This document shows, piece after piece, positions 36,405 to 44,193 of a stretch of 46,827 nt of DNA. Under the pieces are notes generated by a model that was given only the letters and a program-made list of their open reading frames with translations, made no database searches and was not told where the DNA came from. The first letter of the stretch is position 1, and every line of letters begins with the position of its first letter. Made by a program: the position numbers and the translations under genes. The DNA is taken from positions 1-46,827 of IMG/VR virus record IMGVR_UViG_3300030330_002330; one strand, written 5' to 3'. Source of the stretch: a virus. Its lineage: Duplodnaviria > Caudoviricetes.

Positions 36405-36455
36405 ACTATATGTAGTATGTCTAGCAATAGATATGCTACATATAGTATGTTTTTT
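36405..36455 (+). terminator. 19-bp hairpin with GCAA tetraloop and T-run (terminator or RNase III site)
   Basis: ACTATATGTAGTATGTCTA-gcaa-TAGATATGCTACATATAGT then ATGTTTTTT. Confidence 0.65.
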
Positions 36456-36478
36456 CAATAATAAAAAGGAGATAAAAA

Positions 36479-36838
36479 TTGAAGACGGAGAGTAATACAT
36501 ATAGTGCAGGAGCTATATTAGATTATATTCCAGAAACTACACGTAACAGAATTACAAACGTAGTTATTCATCCACAACATGATGATACACCACATAGAGG
36601 CGGTGTTTCATTTCAACTAGAAATGTTAGGCGTGAATATAGGATATAAGGTTATACATAATTGGGGCGACTTGTTTGACATGCACGCTATCAATTTAGAT
36701 AACAATGAAGAACAAACATTAAACGACATGTATGCAGGAGACTTTATAGCTACATTCGAAGAGCTAGAAGTTATGCATGCAGACTGGAACCAAATGTTTC
36801 AACCTAATATTGCAGAGCGTATATTGGAGGAAGAATGA
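36479..36838 (+). CDS. hypothetical protein
   Basis: SD AAGGAG, TTG start, 119 aa. Confidence 0.7.
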   Translation: MKTESNTYSAGAILDYIPETTRNRITNVVIHPQHDDTPHRGGVSFQLEMLGVNIGYKVIHNWGDLFDMHAINLDNNEEQTLNDMYAGDFIATFEELEVMHADWNQMFQPNIAERILEEE

Positions 36839-37116
36839 ATGACGGAGAAAAAGACAACATAGTTAAAGACTTAATCAAAATGCTAGATAATATGCAAAAT
36901 AAGATTAGTTTATTAGCACAAGGACAATTATTTCTATGTACATTTTTAGCTGATAAATTTGGAGCAGAGTTTCAGAAAGAATTTGTTGTATCAATGTTAA
37001 GTGATGATGATTTACGTAATGATTTTACAGAATTTATCAATAAAACTGACGACGATGATATAAAAGCTCAAATGATAGAAATGAACGAATGGTATAGGGA
37101 GGAAAAAGGTGCCTAA
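36835..37116 (+). CDS. hypothetical protein
   Basis: SD GGAGG, ATGA coupling. Confidence 0.7.
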   Translation: MNDGEKDNIVKDLIKMLDNMQNKISLLAQGQLFLCTFLADKFGAEFQKEFVVSMLSDDDLRNDFTEFINKTDDDDIKAQMIEMNEWYREEKGA

Positions 37117-37711
37117 TATTTGTTACAACACAACAACTATGCATGGAAGAGTAGAAGACATTGAGAACCTACTTCAAGATATAGTTGACATTGAAGATGA
37201 CAATGTATTATATAATTTAACACTTGCTTTTCCTATACCAGAAGCAATAGAGAAAATATCATCAGGTGCAGTAACTATAGACGGAGAACGACATAGTGAA
37301 TGGACATATGATGATGACGGTAATTACGTTGCATTAACTGATGAATATAAAAAGGAACTTATAAATAAATACGGTGTTCTTAATGCTATAGATTGGCAGT
37401 ATGCTAATTGGGGCACAAAGTGGGGAGATATGGATACAAAATTAAATGTTGACAATACTCACGGACAAACTAGAACAATTGTATTTAATTTTGAAAGTGC
37501 TTGGGGGCAACCTTGGGCATTGCTTAATGATATAGCTAAAAAGTATCATTTAAGTATCAAGAACGAATGGCAAGTTGAATTCGAATACGACTTAGAAACA
37601 ACTATATATCCTATAGATGATATGGTTATTGAACAAGAGAAATCAACTTTTAGAAAAAGCTTAATAAATTTAAAGCACTTATTAAAGGAGAGTAACATTG
37701 GAAGAAAATAA
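37109..37711 (+). CDS. DUF1281/YubB ferredoxin-like domain protein
   Basis: MPN.C.N...DW...NWGTKW.....F.FESAW..P signature. Confidence 0.75.
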   Translation: MPNICYNTTTMHGRVEDIENLLQDIVDIEDDNVLYNLTLAFPIPEAIEKISSGAVTIDGERHSEWTYDDDGNYVALTDEYKKELINKYGVLNAIDWQYANWGTKWGDMDTKLNVDNTHGQTRTIVFNFESAWGQPWALLNDIAKKYHLSIKNEWQVEFEYDLETTIYPIDDMVIEQEKSTFRKSLINLKHLLKESNIGRK

Positions 37712-37871
37712 ATGTTGTAAAGACGTTAATGTTGTAACTCAACAAGAACAATTTAACGACGAAGTTATTAAACAATTTCTAAATATAACTGAAGTATTAA
37801 AGAAACAAGTTAAACTTGTTCAATACGTAGCTGAATATGTAGGAATGACACTTCCTGAAGAAGAAGAATAA
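37698..37871 (+). CDS. 57-aa hypothetical protein (not in ORF track)
   Basis: SD AAGGAG, TTG start; MEENKCCKDV...LPEEEE*. Confidence 0.6.
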   Translation: MEENKCCKDVNVVTQQEQFNDEVIKQFLNITEVLKKQVKLVQYVAEYVGMTLPEEEE

Positions 37872-37972
37872 TGACAGATAGTTTATGTTATATTTGTAAT
37901 GAAAAACCTAATCAATTCGCAATTGTTGACCAAGTATTGGTCTGTTGCTTAAGTTGTTTAGATAAAGTGTAA
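37871..37972 (+). CDS. 33-aa Zn-finger microprotein (not in ORF track)
   Basis: TAATG coupling; MTDSLCYICNEKPNQFAIVDQVLVCCLSCLDKV*. Confidence 0.6.
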   Translation: MTDSLCYICNEKPNQFAIVDQVLVCCLSCLDKV

Positions 37973-37978
37973 ATAACT

Positions 37979-38283
37979 AGGGCGTATGTAACAGTACGCC
38001 TTATGGTATTTATACCAGCGATAAACTTCCGTCCAACACGGGACACAGAGCAATCTGAAAGGAGAACTTGACAGTCCCCAAGGGAAGGCCATGTGGAGCA
38101 GCTATATGAACGCTGTTGAGTAGTAGCAGGTTGGTACAATACACTATGTATAAGTCGGGACTTCGTGAGCCCCAAGGTACAATGTCGAAAGCATAGTTAA
38201 GTAATTGTACAGTCGTTATGTCAAACATTAAAAACAATGTAAATAATATAAAACTCTAGGGGACGAAAGTCCCCAATAGAGTT
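37979..38283 (+). ncRNA. ~305-nt highly structured non-coding RNA candidate
   Basis: No plausible plus-strand ORF; many stems with GCAA/GAAA tetraloops and long-range complementarities. Confidence 0.55.
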
Positions 38284-38296
38284 GGAAAGGACATAA

Positions 38297-38530
38297 ATGG
38301 ATGAAACTCTATTAATGAATGAGTTAGATAGAACTTGGGAACAATTAGACCAATTACCTACTCATGAAAAGATTAATGTACTGCAATGGACAATTGTTGA
38401 CGTTAAAAGATGGGCACTTAATGACGAGGTTGATGATAAAATACAAGGTTATGCAGCAATGCTTGACGAAGCTATACTTTATCAGATAACAAAAGCAATT
38501 GACAGATTAAATAGTGCAGAAGAACAATAA
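38297..38530 (+). CDS. hypothetical protein
   Basis: SD GGAAAGGA, 77 aa. Confidence 0.7.
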   Translation: MDETLLMNELDRTWEQLDQLPTHEKINVLQWTIVDVKRWALNDEVDDKIQGYAAMLDEAILYQITKAIDRLNSAEEQ

Positions 38531-38597
38531 CATAATTGGAGAATATATATACGTTGATGGAGAACGTGTACATATGTCTTGGTTAGAAGAAGAATAA
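38514..38597 (+). CDS. 27-aa microprotein ending EEE (not in ORF track)
   Basis: GTG start; MQKNNNIIGEYIYVDGERVHMSWLEEE*; no clear SD. Confidence 0.4.
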   Translation: MQKNNNIIGEYIYVDGERVHMSWLEEE

Positions 38598-38791
38598 GTT
38601 TTGGTAGTGTAAGTAAGAGGCATTTTACAGCCCTGTTGTGCTTACCGAAAGCACTACCAATTTTTAAGGTAAGGTACTATATATTGAATGCAATGTATAG
38701 GTGCTTACGATATGAAGAGAAATAGTAAGTGGGGAGAGTGGATTACTTCCTTTATTCACTTATGCATTGCTTGAGTATATAGATTTAACTT

Positions 38792-38851
38792 GGTATGCAC
38801 AGGATAGCTGGGGTCAGGTTAGGTTCGCTTTGCAATGGCTTGGTAAGGTTA
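38792..38851 (+). repeat. pentamer array 1, [G(G/C)H-NN]x12; putative guide RNA
   Basis: GGT-at GCA-ca GGA-ta GCT-gg GGT-ca GGT-ta GGT-tc GCT-tt GCA-at GGC-tt GGT-aa GGT-ta. Confidence 0.85.
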
Positions 38852-38852
38852 C

Positions 38853-38925
38853 GGGCGTGATAGGTTAGATATAGGATTTCCCCTTTGAAGTACTATATAC
38901 CTGGGTTCAATTCCCAGCACGTCCA
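38853..38925 (+). ncRNA. tRNA-Ala-like / tmRNA tRNA-like-domain mimic (73 nt)
   Basis: Acceptor GGGCGTG/CACGTCC with G3-U70 and discriminator A; T-arm CTGGG-TTCAATT-CCCAG; stemless D-loop; no anticodon arm; no encoded CCA. Confidence 0.75.
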
Positions 38926-38965
38926 CTCAAACAAATAAAAAGCGAAAGCGGAAAGGAGAATTGCA

Positions 38966-39580
38966 TTGGCAAAACTCACATTTACATCACCAGTTGATGT
39001 ATATACGTTTGAAATACAAGGTAAAGAGCCTGGTATTATGTTCAATAATCCATCTATGATGGGTGCGAATTCAGGCGAAGTCACACAAACACGTAGTACT
39101 AAAAAGTATAACGATGAAGATGAGGCTGAAATGAGAACATATAGGAATGACAAAGGTAACTTAGTTGTTCCATCAGCACAAATCAGAGCTTCTATATTAG
39201 AAGCATCTAAAGCTTTTAAGTTAGGTAGAACTAACTTAAAGACTCTACTTAATCACTTAATGATTGAACCAGTTGATAACTTAGAACTTAAATCTATGTC
39301 TAATCGACCTATTAAATCATATAACATTGATAAACGTAGAGTAGTTGTCTCACGTGCAGGTGTTATGCGTGCTAGACCAGTTGTTCCCCAATGGAAACTA
39401 ACATTTAGTGTCGAAGTTGACAGAGAACTAATGGAGAATTCATTGCAAGGAACATCAGTACTTGATGTACTTACGAAAGTAGTTAGCGACGCAGGTAAAA
39501 AGCAAGGCATTGGAGATTATAGACCACAGAAAGGTGGTTCATTCGGTAGATTCGACGTAACTAACGCAAAGGAGAGTTAA
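38966..39580 (+). CDS. solitary RAMP-superfamily (Cas7-like) RNA-binding protein
   Basis: N-terminal strand FEIQG..PGIMFN; LVVPSAQIRASI (RAMP 'IPgs.ikG' motif); C-terminal Gly-loop GIGDYRPQKGGSFGRFDV; SD GGAAAGGAG with TTG start. Confidence 0.75.
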   Translation: MAKLTFTSPVDVYTFEIQGKEPGIMFNNPSMMGANSGEVTQTRSTKKYNDEDEAEMRTYRNDKGNLVVPSAQIRASILEASKAFKLGRTNLKTLLNHLMIEPVDNLELKSMSNRPIKSYNIDKRRVVVSRAGVMRARPVVPQWKLTFSVEVDRELMENSLQGTSVLDVLTKVVSDAGKKQGIGDYRPQKGGSFGRFDVTNAKES

Positions 39581-40350
39581 TGACTACTGCTGAAAAACTT
39601 AGTAAGGAACGAAAGCAAAAGGTAGCTAATAAAGTTATGGCTAATAAAGCTAAACTTGTTAAAGCAGCTGGAGCTGATGAGCTTACTAATTTAACTTCGC
39701 TTGAATGCGACGACACAATATACCCTAGAACTATGTTGCAAAGTAATAGAGTAAATATCTACAAAGACGCTATGAGAAATGGCGACGTATTTCCTGCAAT
39801 TATAGTTGAGTCTAGAAAAGGCAGACCAACAGGGAGAATACTAGACGGTTGGCATAGATACGAAGCTGCTAGACAACTAGGTAACAAACAGATACCTGTT
39901 AAATATCTAGAGACAAAGAATGATACAGAAGCAATAAGACAATCATTTATCCACAACATGGAACATGGTTTACCTTATTCAGCTATTGAAATCAAACAAT
40001 ATGTCAAGACAGCAGATGAATTAGGTATGTCTATGACAGTAATATCTATGGATATTAATAAGCCTGAGAAGAAAGTAGAAAGTATTATAAAGAACTTTGG
40101 TACTTCTTCTAAAGGTACTGCAGTACCCTTAAAGAAAGGTCTTGGACATCTTAAATTAAATAAGACAGTCACGAAGGCTCAGGAAAACCTGAACAAAAAG
40201 TGGATAGGACAAAGTCCTACTACTTATGTTCGTTTGCTTAACATGTTCTTTAAGGCAAATGCATATGTCAATTTCAAAGAGCTACCAGTTCTTAAGAAAG
40301 AAATGGATAAGTTAGTTGATACTTGGCTGGAGTTGCGTAAGCATCTCTAA
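39580..40350 (+). CDS. ParB/Srx N-terminal domain protein
   Basis: YPR......V..YK.AM..G..FPAI.V......ILDGWHRYEAA..LG...IPV...N..HGLP; TAATG-coupled to the RAMP gene. Confidence 0.85.
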   Translation: MTTAEKLSKERKQKVANKVMANKAKLVKAAGADELTNLTSLECDDTIYPRTMLQSNRVNIYKDAMRNGDVFPAIIVESRKGRPTGRILDGWHRYEAARQLGNKQIPVKYLETKNDTEAIRQSFIHNMEHGLPYSAIEIKQYVKTADELGMSMTVISMDINKPEKKVESIIKNFGTSSKGTAVPLKKGLGHLKLNKTVTKAQENLNKKWIGQSPTTYVRLLNMFFKANAYVNFKELPVLKKEMDKLVDTWLELRKHL

Positions 40351-40362
40351 TACGTGCGTAGT

Positions 40363-40397
40363 CCATGAGGGACACGAATTTTCGTGTTCCTTTATGG
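40363..40397 (+). terminator. long hairpin after the RAMP-ParB pair (terminator or processing site)
   Basis: CCATGAGGGACACGAA-tt-TTCGTGTTCCTTTATGG. Confidence 0.5.
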
Positions 40398-40428
40398 GCT
40401 ATCACCCGAAAATTCTGAGAGGAGAAAC

Positions 40429-41001
40429 ATGACAGAACATTTTAATAGTTGTGACCATGACGGAGAACATGATAAGCATAATGAAGTACATCAATTTATT
40501 GAGATACAAACAAAACGTGATTCAGAATATCATGTTACATTTGCTTATTTTAAAGATGATGTAGGAGCTAAATTCTTTGGTGGAAGTATGGGATATGCTA
40601 CAAGACCAGAAGACGAAATACTTGTATTCGTTTATTCAGTAATGGCACCTGACGCTTGGTCAGCTATAGAAGCAGCAAAGAAAATAGACTTTGCTAGAAA
40701 AACAGAACAAATTACTAATTATCCTACAATAATTACTGAACCACCACCAGGTTTTGAACCAATAGATTTTAATATTGATTCTGTAAATGATTTTAGAGAA
40801 TTTATGATTAAAGAAGGTAACTTTGCTGAGTTTCTATTAACAGAACCTACAACAATACAATGTACTGCAGCTAATAACGTTGAGTTAGCACAAAAACAAA
40901 CACAAAATAATATATTAAGAGAACATCTTAATGTAGGTGATGACGTAGAAAATTGGTTACAGGAAGGAAACAATGGTAATAAAAAAGACGAGTCTGAGTA
41001 G
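40429..41001 (+). CDS. hypothetical protein
   Basis: SD GAGGAG before ATG 40429; the track start at 40384 is less likely. Confidence 0.7.
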   Translation: MTEHFNSCDHDGEHDKHNEVHQFIEIQTKRDSEYHVTFAYFKDDVGAKFFGGSMGYATRPEDEILVFVYSVMAPDAWSAIEAAKKIDFARKTEQITNYPTIITEPPPGFEPIDFNIDSVNDFREFMIKEGNFAEFLLTEPTTIQCTAANNVELAQKQTQNNILREHLNVGDDVENWLQEGNNGNKKDESE

Positions 41002-41284
41002 GCAAGAACCACCTGCTGCGGGTTTAAATAAAAAGGGCAAACGTCCACAAATTTTAACTGATGATAAAGTAAGAACTTTATTGTCAACACCTAATGTATG
41101 GTATGTAATAGCAACAACTGATACTTGGATATCAGGAGTTAAAGCAAACATTGAGAATATGACTCAAAGAAATATAGCACACTTAGCTGGCAAAGGTAAG
41201 TTCGTTATATCACAAAGAAAGAATACAGACGGAGATATAGATATATATTGTAAGTTTGTGCCAACGACTATGGAAGGAGAATAA
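40973..41284 (+). CDS. hypothetical protein
   Basis: 103 aa, coupled to the AAA gene. Confidence 0.7.
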   Translation: MVIKKTSLSRQEPPAAGLNKKGKRPQILTDDKVRTLLSTPNVWYVIATTDTWISGVKANIENMTQRNIAHLAGKGKFVISQRKNTDGDIDIYCKFVPTTMEGE

Positions 41285-42039
41285 TGGATTGTTGGAGTAT
41301 GGTAGCGAAAGCTATTGGAAATGCAGATAGGATATTGTTATACGGCCCACCGGGTACAGGTAAAACATATGCAGCTGCAACAAATGCAATTGGTTACACA
41401 ATGGAAGGTGAACCAAATGTATATCAAATAACAATGACAGAAGATACAGCGTCAGCTAACTTGGAAGGTTTCTATAAGCCAAGTGCAGACGGTGGATTTG
41501 AATGGCATGACGGTATAGCAATACAAGCATGGCGTAATGGTGGTAGATTAGTAGTTAACGAAATTGACCACGCATCACCAGACGCAATGACATTCTTGCA
41601 CGCTATATTAGATGACAAAGACATTGCACAATTGACATTGAACAACGACAATAAGGAAACTGTAAGACCAGCTGAAGGATTTACAGTTATAGCAACTACA
41701 AACTCTCTACCTGAGAGTTTACCTATGGCCCTTAAAGATAGGTTCCCTGTCAAAATTAACGTTAATGAAATACACCCCAAAGCATTGGAAATGTTTCCTG
41801 AAGCTTGGAGAAGTATCATTATAGAAACATCTTTATCAGAAGATATGGATACTAGGCTATCTATTAGAGCTTGGCGTGAGTTCTTTGAACTTATAGGTAA
41901 AGGTCTTGAAAAAGAAACTGCAGCTGCCCTTATCTTTGGAGAAAGAGCAGACGAATTATTAGACGCAATCATATTATCAGACGAGGTTGATGACAAAAAC
42001 TTGAACAATATGGAGCTAAATAATGAAACGAACACCTAA
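41284..42039 (+). CDS. MoxR/CbbQ/CobS-like AAA+ ATPase
   Basis: Walker A GPPGTGKT, variant Walker B LVVNEID, sensor ATTN, Arg finger ALKDRF, SIR. Confidence 0.9.
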   Translation: MDCWSMVAKAIGNADRILLYGPPGTGKTYAAATNAIGYTMEGEPNVYQITMTEDTASANLEGFYKPSADGGFEWHDGIAIQAWRNGGRLVVNEIDHASPDAMTFLHAILDDKDIAQLTLNNDNKETVRPAEGFTVIATTNSLPESLPMALKDRFPVKINVNEIHPKALEMFPEAWRSIIIETSLSEDMDTRLSIRAWREFFELIGKGLEKETAAALIFGERADELLDAIILSDEVDDKNLNNMELNNETNT

Positions 42040-43570
42040 ACATAAACAAAAATTACCATTTCCTGCGATAGTTACAGGTGACGGCGATTGGAAAGTCTTT
42101 GAAGACAACAAACAGCCACGTACTAGTAACTTATCAAAGGAAATGTATGTACCTTTAGGGGACAAATGTGAAGATTGTGGTGCTTTTCATGACAAAATGA
42201 TAAGGCGGCACGAAATGGGTCACGTTAAATGGTCACCTAAAACTATAGGTAAACTTGGACCAGATGAAGGCGAAACGTCAGTAGAAGCTTGTGAAGAAGT
42301 ACGTATAGGTTACTTATTATCACAACGTAAACTGCCAATTAATGATTGGATTATGTGTGAAAGAGTAATGCGTAAACAATTTGAAGATATGCTTTTATCT
42401 TGGTCAGAGTACGACATGATATGTTATATGATGGCTAGTATGTGGAATTCTACAGGAATGGAAACATACGGTGACACAAGACCTAACAATTTAGAATGGC
42501 GTGCATTGCTTGACACCGCTAAGGAACTTGAAGAAAGAACTGAAAACGGACATAGTTTATTGACAAAGTTACGCAAAATGCAAATTAACTTTGCTTTAAA
42601 TAAAGCAGAACACTTTTATAACAGAATTACACATAAAAGTAAACGTTCTTATGGTGGGGATAAATATTACAGTCCTACATATCGCAAAGTTAGACAAGTT
42701 GCTAAAGAACTACATGCATTGTATGAAGACTTTAGTGATATACCAGAATTAGATGAAGTATATGAAGCAGAACGTCGTAAGGCGGAAGCTGCAAAGAAAT
42801 CAAAGTCTAGTTATGCAAACATGAATGAAGGTAATGGTGGTGAAGGCGAAGGTGAAGGCGAAGGTGCACAAACTTTAGCTGAAGCAGAATATAATACCAA
42901 AATGGAACTCATGCAAGGTAGTCGAGGCCACATGAAGTACAATCCAACAGCTGATTACTCAGGTGCTTGGGGTATTATGAAAGAAATTAAAGGTCCACTT
43001 CAAGTGAACTTACAATCATTACTTAAGAAAGGTCGTGAATATAGACCTATGGATTACGGAACTAATCCTAAATATATCAATAGATATTGTATTGATAAAA
43101 AGATATTCAAACAAAAGCAGAGAACTTATGGTGGAACAATATTAATTGACGCATCAGGTTCAATGCGCTTTAGTGGTCAAGATATATTAGATATAATGTC
43201 AGAACTACCAGCTGTAACTATAGCTATGTACAATGACAGATATGACGGACCACTTACAAACGGACAATCTAGGTGGGACACGGGAGTATTACGTATCATT
43301 GCACAAGGTGGGAAACGTGTAACAGAAGAATACTTAGATAAACATTCAGGTGGTGGTAACTTAGTTGACGGACCAGCATTAGATTGGTTAGGAAAACAAC
43401 CACCAGCTAGAATATGGGTATCAGATATGTACGTATTTGGTAGAAGAAATGATAACTCTGTAAACCTACTTAAAGATTGTCAACAAAAGTTGAAGAAACA
43501 CAATATTACAAGGTTGGCTGATATCAATGAAGTTAAACGCTTTGCATTGGAGATAAATCAGCTACAATAA
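42023..43570 (+). CDS. metallopeptidase-like (HExxH) plus VWA domain protein, MoxR partner
   Basis: RRHEMGH; acidic GE linker; MIDAS ILIDASGSM...GGGN.VD...WVSD. Confidence 0.85.
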   Translation: MKRTPKHKQKLPFPAIVTGDGDWKVFEDNKQPRTSNLSKEMYVPLGDKCEDCGAFHDKMIRRHEMGHVKWSPKTIGKLGPDEGETSVEACEEVRIGYLLSQRKLPINDWIMCERVMRKQFEDMLLSWSEYDMICYMMASMWNSTGMETYGDTRPNNLEWRALLDTAKELEERTENGHSLLTKLRKMQINFALNKAEHFYNRITHKSKRSYGGDKYYSPTYRKVRQVAKELHALYEDFSDIPELDEVYEAERRKAEAAKKSKSSYANMNEGNGGEGEGEGEGAQTLAEAEYNTKMELMQGSRGHMKYNPTADYSGAWGIMKEIKGPLQVNLQSLLKKGREYRPMDYGTNPKYINRYCIDKKIFKQKQRTYGGTILIDASGSMRFSGQDILDIMSELPAVTIAMYNDRYDGPLTNGQSRWDTGVLRIIAQGGKRVTEEYLDKHSGGGNLVDGPALDWLGKQPPARIWVSDMYVFGRRNDNSVNLLKDCQQKLKKHNITRLADINEVKRFALEINQLQ

Positions 43571-43596
43571 ATTCTGAGAGTATTAACTCTTAGAAT
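43571..43596 (+). terminator. hairpin immediately after the VWA gene
   Basis: ATTCTGAGAG-tattaa-CTCTTAGAAT, without a clear U-tract. Confidence 0.35.
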
Positions 43597-43699
43597 ATAT
43601 CATATATACATATAAGATGAACCTTGTAACTGGCAACAGTGCGAAGTCCTCCTTTCCTTTGTAAAGCAGGGTTCATCGTATGTACTTAAAGGAGATAAA

Positions 43700-43906
43700 T
43701 TGAAAACGATATACAATGCAACAGCATATGTAAAAGATTTATTAAAATTAGATAAAGAAATATGTAAATATAATACGCAATTAAAAGATTTAAGAAAAAT
43801 TATTGCGTTATTAAAGTCCGAAGGTTGGAAAATATATTCTGAAGAATGTAAATGCAACCTAGTTAAACGTAAACATATATGTTACGTTAATGATTGGGCT
43901 ATTTAA
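43700..43906 (+). CDS. 68-aa hypothetical protein
   Basis: SD AAAGGAG, TTG start; coiled coil plus CxC...HxC. Confidence 0.6.
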   Translation: MKTIYNATAYVKDLLKLDKEICKYNTQLKDLRKIIALLKSEGWKIYSEECKCNLVKRKHICYVNDWAI

Positions 43907-44114
43907 TTCTTTCATGAGTAGAAAGCTAGGTAAGGGAGTCTCATGATTAAGCTACACTAATAGAGTCTTTTAACCAAACAGACCTACGGAGTAGCTTGTA
44001 GCACATAGGAAACTAAAAGTACACTAACCATAGATTAAACAACTAGATTAGTGAAGGTTGAAACTTCCTTGTACAAACAGAAGAAAACTGTGTCTATGTG
44101 TTACAAGGTACTTC

Positions 44115-44169
44115 GCTTCGGCTTGGTTAGCAGGGCTAAGGTCGGGTTCGGTGCGGAAAGGTAAGGCCT
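44115..44169 (+). repeat. pentamer array 2, [G(G/C)H-NN]x11; putative guide RNA
   Basis: GCT-tc GGC-tt GGT-ta GCA-gg GCT-aa GGT-cg GGT-tc GGT-gc GGA-aa GGT-aa GGC-ct. Confidence 0.85.
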
Positions 44170-44193
44170 AAAAAAATTTCAAGATTTCATTAT

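Noticed and set aside
38259-38274. GGACGAAAGTCC as a hammerhead or RNase P signature
   Set aside because: No CUGANGA core or other RNase P conserved regions were found nearby; it is a GAAA-capped hairpin.
38792-38851. Classical CRISPR array or simple microsatellite
   Set aside because: There are no 25-45-nt repeats with spacers. The units are not identical copies: only positions 1-3 are constrained, which slippage would not produce.
38853-38925. Canonical decoding tRNA or attP site
   Set aside because: The expected anticodon-stem positions do not pair and there is no D-stem. Both acceptor strands are present and no integrase was recognised, which argues against a simple attP fragment.
41472-42035. 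Antisense ORFs in the track (e.g. 41472-42035, 44494-45036, 22033-22413, 38893-39153, 37912-38175)
   Set aside because: They lie opposite well-supported genes or structured RNAs, lack SD motifs and have shadow-ORF composition.
42836-42864. GGTGAAGGCGAA repeat
   Set aside because: Period 6 and in frame; it encodes a Gly-Glu linker.
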